Source of the DNA: Puniceicoccaceae bacterium
Lineage (GTDB): Bacteria > Verrucomicrobiota > Verrucomicrobiia > Opitutales > Oceanipulchritudinaceae
DNA length: 64,000 nt
Direction of reading: 5' to 3'
Assembly (NCBI GenBank): GCA_040830765.1
Contig: JBFOMH010000005.1
Span: 224,001-288,000 of the forward strand
Position numbers and translations under genes: made by a program. The notes beneath the pieces are model-generated. The model saw nothing but the letters and a program-made list of their open reading frames with translations, did no database searches and was not told the origin of the DNA. Position 1 is the first letter of the stretch. Each line of letters opens with the position of its first letter. Positions 18,584-29,138 of the stretch are shown piece by piece.

Positions 18584-18910
18584 CGGCCAGGGGACCTACG
18601 AGGTTACCGGCGAGCTGGAGCGGATCCTGCGCGAATCAGGCTTGCGGGATGGCCTTCTGACCGTCTTTTGCCGCCACACCAGTTGCAGTCTGGTGATCAT
18701 GGAAAACGCGGATCCGAGTGCCCGCCGGGACTTGGAAGACTGGTTACAGCGTCTGGTACCGGAAGAGGATCCGCATTTTACCCATACCCTGGAAACATCC
18801 CTTTCACCGGAGGACGACTGAGTCTCGGAACCTGGCAGGGATGTTTCCTTTGGGAGCACCGGTCCCACCCTCACACCCGGGAGCTGCAGGTAACCCTGGT
18901 CGGACGGTAA
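18546..18910 (+). pseudogene. yjbQ: YjbQ/UPF0047 gene with internal deletion and frameshift
   Basis: N-half (HTSCSL..ENADP..HTLE) in one frame and C-half (IPFTGGRLSLGTWQG.FLWEHR) in another. Junction near 18794. The family's GxDD..HI segment is absent. Confidence 0.75.
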
Positions 18911-19000
18911 TCCGCTCCCGGGACCAGCCCGGCATTGTTGCGGCAGCTGATCCCGATGCGCACTTGACTCCGTCTGGAGCATGGGCATTGCTAGCGGGCT

Positions 19001-20365
19001 ATGTTGGAAACCCTGACCAACCGCATCGGCAGCGCCCTCCGCAACCTGAGTGGCAAAGGTAAGCTGACCGAGGAGAACATGACCGAGAGCTTGCAGGAGG
19101 TCCGCAAGGCCCTTCTGGCGGCGGACGTCCATTTCCGGGTAGCCCGGGAGTTCGTTGAACGGGTCAAGCAGGAATGCCTCGGGCAGAAGGTCCTGGACTC
19201 GGTCACCCCGGGTCAGATGGTGGTCAAGATCATCCACGATGAACTGGTCAAGCTCCTCGGAGAAGGGACAACCCATCTCGAGGAAAAGAAACCGCTGCGG
19301 ATCCTTCTTCTGGGCTTGCAGGGTTCGGGTAAGACAACCTTTGCCGGCAAGCTGGCCTTGCACCTGCGCAAGCAGGGCTACACGCCCGCCCTCATTGCTT
19401 GTGATATCTACCGTCCGGCGGCCATAGACCAGCTGGAGACGATTGCCAAGGCCAATGACTTCCTGTTCTATGGCGAACGGGACAGCAAGGATGTTCCCCG
19501 GATTGGCCGCAACGGCTGGGACTGGGCCAAGCAACAGGGAGCGGACGCCATCATCTTTGACACTGCCGGCCGGCTGCAAATCGACGAACCGCTAGTCAAG
19601 GAAGTGGTCGACCTGAAGGCCGCTGTCCTCCCGGATGAAAGCCTCCTCGTAGCAGATGCGGCCCTAGGTCAGGAGGCAGTCAACGTGGCCAAGACTTTTA
19701 ATGAGGCGGTCCAATTAAGTGGTATTGCGCTGACCAAGCTGGACGGCGATACCCGTGGCGGGGCAGCGCTCTCCATGAAGGCCATCGCCCAGGTGCCGAT
19801 CAAGTTCATGGGCGTCGGGGAAAAGGTTACCGACCTGGAAATCTTCCATCCGGACCGATTAGCCGGGCGGATCCTCGGTATGGGAGACGTCGTATCCCTG
19901 GTCGAGAAGGCACAGGAAAACATCGATCAGGAAGATGCCCAGCGGATGGCGGAAAAGCTCCAGCGGGCGGAATTCAATTTCGAGGACTTCCTCAGCCAGA
20001 TGCAGGCGGTCAAGAAAATGGGTTCGCTTGGCGGGCTCATGAAGATGATGCCCGGCATGGGCAACATGGAGGTTGGCGAAAAAGAGGAAAAGAAACTCAA
20101 GCACACGGAAGCGCTCATCCAGTCCATGACCGTCCAGGAGCGCCGCAATCCGAATATCCTCAACGGCAGCCGGCGCAATCGCATTGCCCGCGGGGCCGGC
20201 CTACCGGTCAAGGACCTCAACGCACTCATCAAGCAATTCCAGCAGATGAAGAAAATGATGCGCATGATGAAGGGTCCCAAGGCCCGCAAGATGCTCAAGA
20301 AGATGAAGAATTCCGGCATGGACATGCCCGGCATGGAAGGCATGGGCGGCCTTCCGGGAATGTAA
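19001..20365 (+). CDS. ffh: Signal recognition particle protein
   Basis: [35 protein letters not shown], Met-rich M domain. Confidence 0.98.
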   Translation: MLETLTNRIGSALRNLSGKGKLTEENMTESLQEVRKALLAADVHFRVAREFVERVKQECLGQKVLDSVTPGQMVVKIIHDELVKLLGEGTTHLEEKKPLRILLLGLQGSGKTTFAGKLALHLRKQGYTPALIACDIYRPAAIDQLETIAKANDFLFYGERDSKDVPRIGRNGWDWAKQQGADAIIFDTAGRLQIDEPLVKEVVDLKAAVLPDESLLVADAALGQEAVNVAKTFNEAVQLSGIALTKLDGDTRGGAALSMKAIAQVPIKFMGVGEKVTDLEIFHPDRLAGRILGMGDVVSLVEKAQENIDQEDAQRMAEKLQRAEFNFEDFLSQMQAVKKMGSLGGLMKMMPGMGNMEVGEKEEKKLKHTEALIQSMTVQERRNPNILNGSRRNRIARGAGLPVKDLNALIKQFQQMKKMMRMMKGPKARKMLKKMKNSGMDMPGMEGMGGLPGM

Positions 20366-20377
20366 GGACTGTGCCTC

Positions 20378-21259
20378 GTGGATACAGTGGCCCTGAGCGA
20401 ACACATACGCAGCTACTCGACACCCATCGAGCCGTTGCCGACCGGTGCTATTTCCCGGCTTGGTAAGGCTGAAGGAATCCGGGCAGTTGTCTTCGATGTC
20501 TATGGCACTCTTTTCATCAGCGGTTCCGGAGACATCAGTCTGGCCCGCAATGAGGATCGCAGCCCCGCGATAGTCGCCTCCCTGGAGACAGCAGGCTTCC
20601 AGGTGACAGAATCCGCTGCGCCATGGTCGAAGGCCTTCCTGCACCAAATTGAAACGGCCCGGCAGGCTCGCAAGGAACAAGGCATTTCCTACCCCGAAGT
20701 CCGTATTGAAGAAGTCTGGCAGGCGCTGGTCGAAAAGGCCGCAAAGGATGGATGGATACGCGGCACGGGCAGTATCGAACTGGCCATCGTGGACCATGAA
20801 TGCCGGGTCAATCCCTGCTGGCCCATGCCCGGGCTGCAGGAAACACTCGAGGAACTGGGCCGTCGCAAGCTGGCATTGGGCATTGTTTCCAACGCCCAGT
20901 TCTACACCCCCCTGCTCTTTAAGGCACTGCTCAGTAAACCGCTTGAGGATTTTGGGTTAGAGGAAGCCCGCAGCGTCTGGTCCTACATTGAGCGGGAAGG
21001 CAAGCCATCCCGAAACCTGTATCGAAAACTTAAGGACAAATTGGCCACGGAAGGCATCGCCCCCCGTGAAACCCTCTACGTCGGCAACGACATTCGTAAC
21101 GATATCTGGCCCGCCGGCGACCTGGGCTTCCGCACCGTCCTTTTCGCCGGGGATGAGCGCTCGCTGCGCTGGCGCAAGGAGGATCCGGATTGTCAGAATG
21201 TAGAGCCGGAATTCATCATCACCGAACTGGACCAGCTGCTTCAGATTATCGCGCCATAA
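20378..21259 (+). CDS. HAD-family phosphatase
   Basis: Motif I FDVYGTL, SNAQFYT, KPS, YVGND..ND. Confidence 0.85.
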   Translation: MDTVALSEHIRSYSTPIEPLPTGAISRLGKAEGIRAVVFDVYGTLFISGSGDISLARNEDRSPAIVASLETAGFQVTESAAPWSKAFLHQIETARQARKEQGISYPEVRIEEVWQALVEKAAKDGWIRGTGSIELAIVDHECRVNPCWPMPGLQETLEELGRRKLALGIVSNAQFYTPLLFKALLSKPLEDFGLEEARSVWSYIEREGKPSRNLYRKLKDKLATEGIAPRETLYVGNDIRNDIWPAGDLGFRTVLFAGDERSLRWRKEDPDCQNVEPEFIITELDQLLQIIAP

Positions 21260-21273
21260 AGGCGCTCACTACT

Positions 21274-21298
21274 GTAGCGAGCGGGTTTATCCCGCGAT
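21274..21298 (+). repeat. Single GTAG-type REP-like element
   Basis: GTAGCGA followed by GCGGG-TTTAT-CCCGC hairpin, between convergent genes. Confidence 0.4.
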
Positions 21299-21328
21299 AA
21301 AAAATGCCCCGGTGGGACTGGGGCATTG
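21299..21328 (-). terminator. Intrinsic terminator of pckG
   Basis: Minus strand AATGCCCCAG-TCCCA-CCGGGGCATT then T run. Confidence 0.75.
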
Positions 21329-21356
21329 TGCAAACCAATAAACAAACAAGAATCCG

Positions 21357-23225
21357 TTAGTATCTTGAAATCAGCAGGTCCCGTTGCCAGGCCATCTCCT
21401 TGGGCATGTGGTCCCAGAGCTTGAGGAACAATTCCTCGTGGCCGAGGGTCTGCACGAGCAGCGTTTCGCTGTCGATCTTCATCAGCTCGTCCCAGTCCTC
21501 ACGGGAGAAATCCAATCCATTCCAGTCAATGTCCTCATAACGGGGCATCCAGCCAAGGGCGGTCTCGCTGGCATGGGCGTCCCCATTGACCCGCTGGACG
21601 ATCCATTTGAGCACACGGGTGTTCTCTCCAAATCCCGGCCAGAGCCACTTGCCGTCGGCGGTCTTGCGGAACCAGTTGACGTGGAAGATGCGGGGAATTT
21701 CGCTGATCGCCTTCCCCATCTTGAGCCAGTGGCGGAAGTAATCGCCCATGTGATAACCACAGAATGGCAACATGGCGAACGGGTCCCGGCGCATGGAACC
21801 AACCTTGCCCTCGGCAGCAGCCGTCTGCTCGGAACCAACGGTGGCTCCGAGATAGACCCCGTGCTGCCAGTTGAAGCTTTGGAAGACCAGCGGAATCGTG
21901 GTCATGCGGCGACCCCCGAAGATCATCGCCCCGACTTCGACACCGGCTGGGTTTTCCCACTCGGGGTCAATCACCGGACAGTTGCGGGCAGGGGCCGTAA
22001 AACGGCTATTCGGGTGGGATGAGAGAATTTCCTTACCATTCTCATCCGTCTGCCCGGGCGTCCAGTCGTTGCCCTTCCAGTCGATGAGATGGTCCGGAGT
22101 GTCCTCAGACATCCCTTCCCACCAGACATCACCGTCGTCGGTCAAGGCGACATTGGTAAAGATAGTATCCTGGCGACACGAATCGAGGGCCATGGGGTTG
22201 GTGACAGCACTGGTTCCCGGTGCCACCCCGAAGAACCCGGCCTCCGGGTTAATGGCCCGAAGCTTGCCTTCAGGGTCCGGCTTGATCCAGGCAATGTCAT
22301 CCCCGATGCAGGAGACTTCCCAGCCCTCATCCTTCAGTTCCTTGGGCGGGATCAGCATCGCGAAATTTGTCTTGCCGCAAGCGCTGGGGAAAGCAGCCGT
22401 GACGTAAGTCTTGCGGCCAGTCGGATCCTTCACCCCGAGGATGAGCATATGCTCGGCCATCCACCCCTCGTCACGGGCAATGGTGCTGGCAATCCGCAGG
22501 GCAAAGCACTTCTTTCCCAACAGGGCGTTGCCGCCATAACCGGAACCAATGGAAAGGATGGTCTTGTCTTCCGGGAAGTGGGCAATGTAGGTGTTGGCCG
22601 GGTCGCAGGGCCAGGGCACATCATCTTCCGGCTTGTGGATGGGGGCGCCCACCGAGTGGACGCAGCGCACGTAGTCCCGACTGTCGCCGAGGACCTCCCA
22701 GATCTGCTTGGAGACCCGGGTCATGATACGCATGTTGACCACAACATATGGCGAATCGGAGATTTCGATCCCGATCTTGGAAATGGGAGACCCAATGGGA
22801 CCCATGCTGAAAGGAATGACGTACATCGTCCGACCCTTCATACAACCCTTGGCCAGCTTGTTGATCTTGGCCTTCATCTCATCCGGTGCCATCCAGTTGT
22901 TGGTCGGCCCGGCATCGTCCTTGGAGACCGAACAGATAAAGGTCCGGCTCTCGACCCGGGCCACATCCTTCGGGTCCGAGCGGAAAAGATAACTGTTGGG
23001 ACGCTTTTCCTCGTTCAACTTGATGCAATGGTTGCGGGCAACCATCATCTTGAACAGAGCATCCGCCTCCTCCTCGCTGCCATCGACCCAGTGGACGCGG
23101 TCCGGGGTCAGCAGCCGGGTGACTCTTTCCACCCAGTTCACGACATCTTGATTCGTGGTCAGGGGTTCTGCATTCAGGGGGTAGTCGCACATCGGGGCGA
23201 CAGTATTTACTGCGTTCTCACTCAT
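21357..23225 (-). CDS. pckG: Phosphoenolpyruvate carboxykinase (GTP)
   Basis: [46 protein letters not shown]. Confidence 0.97.
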   Translation of the reverse strand: MSENAVNTVAPMCDYPLNAEPLTTNQDVVNWVERVTRLLTPDRVHWVDGSEEEADALFKMMVARNHCIKLNEEKRPNSYLFRSDPKDVARVESRTFICSVSKDDAGPTNNWMAPDEMKAKINKLAKGCMKGRTMYVIPFSMGPIGSPISKIGIEISDSPYVVVNMRIMTRVSKQIWEVLGDSRDYVRCVHSVGAPIHKPEDDVPWPCDPANTYIAHFPEDKTILSIGSGYGGNALLGKKCFALRIASTIARDEGWMAEHMLILGVKDPTGRKTYVTAAFPSACGKTNFAMLIPPKELKDEGWEVSCIGDDIAWIKPDPEGKLRAINPEAGFFGVAPGTSAVTNPMALDSCRQDTIFTNVALTDDGDVWWEGMSEDTPDHLIDWKGNDWTPGQTDENGKEILSSHPNSRFTAPARNCPVIDPEWENPAGVEVGAMIFGGRRMTTIPLVFQSFNWQHGVYLGATVGSEQTAAAEGKVGSMRRDPFAMLPFCGYHMGDYFRHWLKMGKAISEIPRIFHVNWFRKTADGKWLWPGFGENTRVLKWIVQRVNGDAHASETALGWMPRYEDIDWNGLDFSREDWDELMKIDSETLLVQTLGHEELFLKLWDHMPKEMAWQRDLLISRY

Positions 23226-23264
23226 GGTAATTCTGTCTTCGTATATAAGCTGTATTTTTCAAAT

Positions 23265-23339
23265 TTGATTAATCTCATTGATTAAATGAGCTAATTCCGG
23301 AACAGCCTTTCGTTTAGATTTCCTAATCCTGAGTGTCAA
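23265..23339 (-). promoter_or_regulatory. pckG promoter with downstream operator-like repeats
   Basis: TTGACA (23339-34), 17 nt, then TAAACG. CTCATT-GATTA-AATGAG palindrome at 23274-23290. TTGATTAA direct repeat at 23265 and 23278. Confidence 0.5.
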
Positions 23340-23354
23340 GACCATTAGGGGATT

Positions 23355-23618
23355 TCATCCCCTATTTTTACTGCTCAAGGCATGGACCCGCATGATGCAA
23401 ATCACCAGGGATAGCCCCGGAGCCCAGATCAAGGCAAAAAACCCGCCGTCGTAGAGGCCATTACGGAGCATCTCGCCAGCCGACAGGTCCATACCGAGCA
23501 AAAATCCGACAACCGGAAACAGGATCGCCCCGGCAATTGCCCCGGCAAGGCAGATCAAGCCTACCAACCCGAACCAGAGGAGGCCCCAGACAAGTATCGA
23601 CTTGATTCTCCTTGGCAT
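23355..23618 (-). CDS. Small membrane protein
   Basis: Two long hydrophobic stretches, directly follows aroK. Start 23618 or 23642. Confidence 0.6.
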   Translation of the reverse strand: MPRRIKSILVWGLLWFGLVGLICLAGAIAGAILFPVVGFLLGMDLSAGEMLRNGLYDGGFFALIWAPGLSLVICIMRVHALSSKNRG

Positions 23619-23619
23619 C

Positions 23620-24168
23620 CTAACGTTTGGATTGCCGGCCATCCCGATGATAGACCCGGGTGATGCTCTTTACGATATCCGGGATTGTCCGCCCTTCAGT
23701 AGAGATGCCGATCCCGGCCGCCATGTAAACCGGATCCCTTTCAGCCATCAGGGAACGGATGCGTCCCTCCGGATCATCGACATTGAGCAAGGGACGTTTT
23801 GGATTGCCAATTGTCCGCTTGAGAATCGTTTCCGGGCGGGCAAAGAGGCAGACAACGAGACCCTTCTCCTTCAGCAGTTCACTCATCCCCGGCTGGATCG
23901 GCAATCCGCCACCACAGGCCACAATTGTTCCCTCATCGGGGTGTCCGGACTCGATGAACTCCCTCTCCATGGACCGGAATGCTGTTTCGCCCTCATCGGC
24001 GAAAATCTCCGCGATGCTCCTGCCGGCCGTCTGCTCAATGGCCCAATCGGAGTCAATGAAGCTCATCCGCAAGGACCTTGCCAAGGCCCGGCCAACCGCA
24101 CTCTTCCCTACCCCCATGAAACCGATGAGGTAAATGTTGCGGCGCTTTGCCTTTCCTGAATCCTGCAT
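23620..24168 (-). CDS. aroK: Shikimate kinase
   Basis: LIGFMGVGKS P-loop, GE..FR..E, GGG, RPLL. Start ATG 24168. Confidence 0.95.
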   Translation of the reverse strand: MQDSGKAKRRNIYLIGFMGVGKSAVGRALARSLRMSFIDSDWAIEQTAGRSIAEIFADEGETAFRSMEREFIESGHPDEGTIVACGGGLPIQPGMSELLKEKGLVVCLFARPETILKRTIGNPKRPLLNVDDPEGRIRSLMAERDPVYMAAGIGISTEGRTIPDIVKSITRVYHRDGRQSKR

Positions 24169-24276
24169 GCCGCCATTTCTGGACAAGGCAGACCGTGCCT
24201 TCAACTCCAATTTGCCATCCGTATTAATTGCAGCCCCCGCTTGCCTAATCGGAACCGCCTGCCATATAAATAAGAT

Positions 24277-24720
24277 ATGCAAAAGGATGTCCTCAACGTT
24301 TCCATCAAGGGAGTCATGCCCACATCAAACGGCTGCGCCCTCTTCCTCGGACCGGAGGACAAGACCTTCATCATCTACGTCGACTCCCAGATCGGGAATA
24401 CCATCTCCATGATTATCAACAATGTGGAGCGGGAGCGACCCATTACCCACGACCTTATCAGCAACATTTTCATCGGTCTTGGAGTCAGTCTGCAGCGAAT
24501 CATCATCAATGATGTCAAGGACCGGACCTTCTATGCCCGCATGATTCTCAAGATGGAGAACGAGATTGAGTCCAAAATCTGTGAGATTGATTCCCGGCCC
24601 AGTGATGCCATCGCCCTGGCCCTGCATGACGATCGGCCCATTTTTGTCTCCCGGAAGGTTCTTGATGCGGAGGAAGACATGACCGAGCTGCTGGAACGCA
24701 TCCTCAAGGAGCAGGGCTAA
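24277..24720 (+). CDS. Bifunctional nuclease family protein (DUF151)
   Basis: RPITHDL, FYA, IDSRPSDAIALAL. Confidence 0.9.
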   Translation: MQKDVLNVSIKGVMPTSNGCALFLGPEDKTFIIYVDSQIGNTISMIINNVERERPITHDLISNIFIGLGVSLQRIIINDVKDRTFYARMILKMENEIESKICEIDSRPSDAIALALHDDRPIFVSRKVLDAEEDMTELLERILKEQG

Positions 24721-24723
24721 TTG

Positions 24724-25773
24724 ATGGAGCATCCCCTGCCGCTACCGGAGCCCATCGAAACGGGCAGCCTGCCCACTGCCTTGGCCCCGATGCAGGATGT
24801 GACCGACCTCCCATTCATGCGCTTGCTCGGCAAGTACGGGCCTCCGGATTACTTCTTCACGGAATATTTCCGGGTTCATGACCATTCAACGTTGGAAAAA
24901 CACATTGTCGATTCCATCGAGCTGCATGGAACCGGCCGTCCGGTCTTTGCCCAGATGATTGGGGAGGATCTGCACCATCTGCGGCGAACCGCCCTATTGC
25001 TGCAGGAATATCCGGTTGCGGGGATTGACCTCAACATGGGCTGCCCGGCCCCCAAGGTCTATCGAAAGAATGTTGGCGGTGGCCTGCTTCGGGAACCCGC
25101 TAAGATCGAACAAATCTTTGCCACCTTGCGGGAGTGTTGCCAGGGCCGCTTCACCGTCAAGACCCGCATCGGATTCGAGGATGACCGCCACTTCAAGACC
25201 CTCCTCGACCTGGTCAACAAGTACGAAATCGATACCCTCAGCATCCATGGACGCACGGTGAAGCAAATGTACCGTGGCGGGGTCGATTATGACCGCATCC
25301 GCCTCGCCTCCGAAACCGTCAACTGCCCGGTCTTTGCCAACGGGAATATCACCTCCGCCGCCAAGGCCATTGAGGTGAAGCAACAGACCGGCTGCTTCGG
25401 GACCATGGTCGGCCGGTCGGCAATCCGCAATCCTTGGATTTTTCGCCAGATTCGAGAAGCGACTACCGGCCGGAGCCTGACACGACCCACCCTGGGAGAT
25501 GTCCGTCAATATGTTGACGACTTATGGGAATCAACCGACCGGCCCGGGATGGAAGACAGGGGACATCTCAACCGGATGAAGAAGTTCCTTAATTTTGTCG
25601 GTCAGGGAGTGGACCCGGAAGGAGCGTTCCTCCATGAAATGCGCCGGGCCCGCGAGGCAGAAACGTTCTTCGCTATCTGCGACAAGTACATGCTTGATGA
25701 CGGCAAGGGCGAGGAGCCCTTTAACAGCGAGCCTTTTGCGGGAGTCCTGGCCCGGCCCAACCACGAAGGCTGA
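24724..25773 (+). CDS. tRNA-dihydrouridine synthase family
   Basis: LAPMQDVTD, IDLNMGCP, TVKTRIG, IHGRT, ANGNI, GR.AI.NPWIF. Confidence 0.92.
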   Translation: MEHPLPLPEPIETGSLPTALAPMQDVTDLPFMRLLGKYGPPDYFFTEYFRVHDHSTLEKHIVDSIELHGTGRPVFAQMIGEDLHHLRRTALLLQEYPVAGIDLNMGCPAPKVYRKNVGGGLLREPAKIEQIFATLRECCQGRFTVKTRIGFEDDRHFKTLLDLVNKYEIDTLSIHGRTVKQMYRGGVDYDRIRLASETVNCPVFANGNITSAAKAIEVKQQTGCFGTMVGRSAIRNPWIFRQIREATTGRSLTRPTLGDVRQYVDDLWESTDRPGMEDRGHLNRMKKFLNFVGQGVDPEGAFLHEMRRAREAETFFAICDKYMLDDGKGEEPFNSEPFAGVLARPNHEG

Positions 25774-25776
25774 TCA

Positions 25777-26490
25777 TCATTCAGGCGGATACTTGGCTCG
25801 GGTCCCGAAAAGGGCGGTGCCAACCCGGATGAGGGTACTTCCCTCCTCGACTGCCCATTCAAGGTCACCGGTCATTCCCATCGAAAGGACCTGCAACTTG
25901 AGCCCGCAGGCAATCTCCAAACGGTCCCGGAGTTCCCGCAGGCGACGGAAGGTTCCACGAACCACCGCCTCATCATCGCTGAATTCGCCAATTGTCATCA
26001 GGCCTTCCAGTTGCAGGTGTTCACTCTCCATGACTGCGGCAGCAAGGGCTTCCGCCTCCTCAACCGAGCAGCCACTCTTGGCCGGATCCTCCCCGACATT
26101 GGCCTGCAGGAGCACCGGGTAGCCTTCCTTCCCCATTTCTCCACAGAGTCGCTCGAGGATTCGGACCAGCTTTGGCCGGTCCACTGTCTGAATGCGGTCG
26201 AATGTCTCCAGGGCCAGGCGCGCCTTGTTGCTTTGCAAGGGCCCGATCAATTCCCAATACCCCGTCGTGCCCTGAACCTCCGGTCGCTTGCCGGCGGCTT
26301 CCTGGACCCGGTTCTCACCGATGGTCTGTAATCCCGCCTCCAATGCCCACTCCACCGCCTGAGGTGGATGTGTCTTCGTCACGGCCATTAATTCAACTTC
26401 TGAGGTCGCGCGATTGCTCCGATTACAAGCATCCTTAATACGACTGCGCAAATCATCCAGGCTGATGAGGAACTCTTGCTTGGTGTTCAT
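25777..26490 (-). CDS. yggS: PLP homeostasis protein YggS
   Basis: AVTKT, GENRVQE, IGPLQSNK, LSMGMTGD, GSTLIRVGTALFG. Confidence 0.95.
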   Translation of the reverse strand: MNTKQEFLISLDDLRSRIKDACNRSNRATSEVELMAVTKTHPPQAVEWALEAGLQTIGENRVQEAAGKRPEVQGTTGYWELIGPLQSNKARLALETFDRIQTVDRPKLVRILERLCGEMGKEGYPVLLQANVGEDPAKSGCSVEEAEALAAAVMESEHLQLEGLMTIGEFSDDEAVVRGTFRRLRELRDRLEIACGLKLQVLSMGMTGDLEWAVEEGSTLIRVGTALFGTRAKYPPE

Positions 26491-26520
26491 TATTAAAAAG
26501 GAGCTGTAGAATTTTGTGTA

Positions 26521-26535
26521 ATTAGAGAAATTAAT
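26521..26535. promoter_or_regulatory. LysR-type box in divergent intergenic region
   Basis: ATTA-N7-TAAT (T-N11-A) in an AT-rich spacer upstream of the LysR gene. Confidence 0.5.
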
Positions 26536-26573
26536 ATTTACAAAAGCAATTAGGGGGACTATCAGAAATATTT

Positions 26574-27509
26574 ATGCACATTGAAAATTTTAAAATATTT
26601 TCAGATCTGGTTGAAAGTCAGTCCTTTTCGCGGGCTGCCAAGCTGAACGGCGTTACCCAGTCGGCCGTGAGCCAGCAATTAAGGGCAATGGAAAAACACT
26701 TTGCTGTCCTTATTGTTGACCGGAGTCAAAAACAATTCCGGCTTACCCTGGAAGGCCAGAAGCTCTACGACAGCGCCAAGGAAATCCTCCACCGCTACGA
26801 AAAGCTGGTTTCCGACCTGCAGGAGATGAAGAAGGTCATCAGTGGGACCATCCACATCTCGACCATCTACAGTATCGGCCTGCACGAGCTGCCTCCCTAT
26901 ATCACCAAGTTCCTCAAGGAATTCCCTTCGGTCAATGTCCGGGTCGAGTACCGGCGTTCCAATCTCGTCTACGAGGACATCCTTCACAACTCCGTGGACC
27001 TTGGCCTGATCGCCTTCCCGACAAAGATGCGCCAGCTGGAAGTCATCCCCTTCCTCGAGGATCAGCTGGTCGTCATCTGCAATGCCGACCATGCCCTGGC
27101 CAAAAAGAAGTCAGTTGAGATTTCCGACCTGGCCGGCGAAAAGTTCATTGGCTTTGACCAGGACATCCCGACCCGCAAGGCGACCGACCAGATGTTCCGG
27201 GACTGCAAAGTCGACATTGAGCCGGTGATGGAGTTCGACAACATCGAGACCGTCAAGCGCGCCGTGGAAATCAACGCTGGGATATCCATTGTTCCTTCCG
27301 CCACGGTAAAGCAGGAGATGAAGCAGGGACTGCTCAAATCCATCCCCATCAAGGGCTCGAATGTGACGCGTCCGCTGGCCATCATCCACCGCAAGGGACG
27401 GGTACTGACCCCGGCGATGAAGAAGTTCATTGCCAACCTGACTGGAAAACCCGTCAAGGAAGCGGTCGAAGCCCCGAAAAAGACCAAAAAGGCCAAGAAG
27501 GCTTCCTGA
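26574..27509 (+). CDS. LysR-family transcriptional regulator
   Basis: SFSRAAKLNGVTQSAVSQQLRAME HTH and substrate-binding domain with NIETVKRAVE. Confidence 0.95.
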   Translation: MHIENFKIFSDLVESQSFSRAAKLNGVTQSAVSQQLRAMEKHFAVLIVDRSQKQFRLTLEGQKLYDSAKEILHRYEKLVSDLQEMKKVISGTIHISTIYSIGLHELPPYITKFLKEFPSVNVRVEYRRSNLVYEDILHNSVDLGLIAFPTKMRQLEVIPFLEDQLVVICNADHALAKKKSVEISDLAGEKFIGFDQDIPTRKATDQMFRDCKVDIEPVMEFDNIETVKRAVEINAGISIVPSATVKQEMKQGLLKSIPIKGSNVTRPLAIIHRKGRVLTPAMKKFIANLTGKPVKEAVEAPKKTKKAKKAS

Positions 27510-27567
27510 GGTTGGGCAGGACCGGTAATCTGATCCGTAAGTCGACAAACCGGGAACTTTCTCAAAG

Positions 27568-27605
27568 GAAAGGCCCTGTCCCGCAGATGCAGGACAAGGC
27601 CTTTC
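27568..27605 (-). terminator. Hairpin terminator between convergent lysR and hup
   Basis: GAAAGGCC..GGCCTTTC long stem. Plus-strand C/A mismatches become G-U pairs on the minus strand. Confidence 0.7.
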
Positions 27606-27630
27606 AGGAAGATTTATGATCTCAGGCTGA

Positions 27631-27906
27631 TTAGATTTTGCCCTTGAGACCAGCACCGGCCTTGAACTTGACCGTCTTGCTGGCCTTAATCTGGATTTGC
27701 TGACCAGTCTGCGGATTGATACCCTTACGGGCAGCGCGCTTGGCAACAGAGAATGTGCCGAAGCCAATCAACTGGACAGCCTTGTCCTTCTTGAGGCCCT
27801 TTTCAATGCCATCGATAACAGCAGCAACCGCGCGTTCGGCGGCGGCCTTGGAGGTGTCGCCACCTAACGATTTTTGTACGGATTCTACCAACTCAGCTTT
27901 GTTCAT
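27631..27906 (-). CDS. hup: DNA-binding protein HU
   Basis: MNKAEL, GFGTF, RKGINPQTG, VKFKAG. Confidence 0.97.
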   Translation of the reverse strand: MNKAELVESVQKSLGGDTSKAAAERAVAAVIDGIEKGLKKDKAVQLIGFGTFSVAKRAARKGINPQTGQQIQIKASKTVKFKAGAGLKGKI

Positions 27907-28163
27907 ATATAGGTTCCTTTTATTTTATTTGTTACGTTCGGAGTGAACTAATTGATGCAATGATTGAAAGATTCCCCCGTCAACGGAATTTTTGCCGGAA
28001 ATTGAAGTTTTTCCGAAATGTCGATTGGAATGAGCCCTTTACTGGTGCGGAATGACGGCGGGTCATCTCCCGGATACCTTTGATAGAAAGGGATTAAGGC
28101 GAAAGCCCCGCTGTATTGGGTTTTTTAAAAGGGCTCAGAAAGATTCGGGCAGGCGGATTTCCG

Positions 28164-29045
28164 TCAGCTTGGGGGGAGTGATTTTACGTGAAACGGCGTA
28201 TCCCCGAAGGTCCATTGACCATCCTCGCAGCGACTCTTGAGCCAACCGATCCCGATGCATTTGTCAGTAAATTCCACTACACTTGTCGGAGCGCCGACAA
28301 CACTGTCCTCATGCATCCAATTGTCGGGCAGGGAATCGCGGTTTCCACGAGCCTCAAACTGGACCAGCCGACGGGTGACCCGCTCGAGCCGGTGGACCCG
28401 GGCCACCACCTCCTGTCCGAGGTAGCATCCCTTGTCGAATGAAAGGGCGCTGAGGATGTTGGCCTCCAATGGGTTAAGGGCTTTTTCGGAGCTATCGAGA
28501 GGTATCGAGGGGATTCCCTCCCTGAGGCGAATGGCCTCAGCTTCGGACTGGTCCAAGGAGTCAGCAGGCAGAGGAAAATCCATGCCGGAAGGCAGGAGAA
28601 ACTCCATCGATTCCATCCCGAGGCACCGTCCACGGTATCCCTTGACGGCATCCTTTTCCATATAGTGGCCGCTTTCAATCGGGCCCCAGCCAATCGACTG
28701 CAAGATGCCGTTTGGTTCTTCCGTGTGGAGGGCCAGAACGTCGAGTTCTCCGGTCAAATTTTCAATTTCAACATCATCGGCAATGATGTGCCGATCAAAC
28801 TTGGCCAGAAGCTGCTCCGTGGGAGTCTTGTAGCTGACCAGAAGCATGGAGTCCTCGCTGTCCTTGAAGACAAATCCATCCCCCTGGATTTGTCCACGGT
28901 GGTCCAACCAGAGGGAGTAGCGGCAGGTGCCCACCTTCCCGCGCAAATCGGCGGTACCCTGTCCCTGGAGGAAGTCAAAATGGTCCTCGCCGGTGAAGCG
29001 CAGGACAGCAGTGGGAGAAAATCGGTAAGCTTTCGCTGATGCCAT
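28164..29045 (-). CDS. ygfZ: YgfZ/GcvT-like folate-binding protein
   Basis: SFDKGCYLGQEVVAR motif and G.D..DFLQGQ.T.D. Confidence 0.9.
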   Translation of the reverse strand: MASAKAYRFSPTAVLRFTGEDHFDFLQGQGTADLRGKVGTCRYSLWLDHRGQIQGDGFVFKDSEDSMLLVSYKTPTEQLLAKFDRHIIADDVEIENLTGELDVLALHTEEPNGILQSIGWGPIESGHYMEKDAVKGYRGRCLGMESMEFLLPSGMDFPLPADSLDQSEAEAIRLREGIPSIPLDSSEKALNPLEANILSALSFDKGCYLGQEVVARVHRLERVTRRLVQFEARGNRDSLPDNWMHEDSVVGAPTSVVEFTDKCIGIGWLKSRCEDGQWTFGDTPFHVKSLPPS

Positions 29046-29138
29046 ACGGAGAAGGAAACCCAAAGCGGGTGCCTTTCAAGAAGACATTGAGGAAAATTCG
29101 GCTTGCCGAGGCAACAGCCTGCCCCACCCTACAACGCC

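Noticed and set aside
18911..19000. SRP RNA next to ffh
   Set aside because: The conserved CAGG-x-GGAA-x-AGCAG domain IV is not present.
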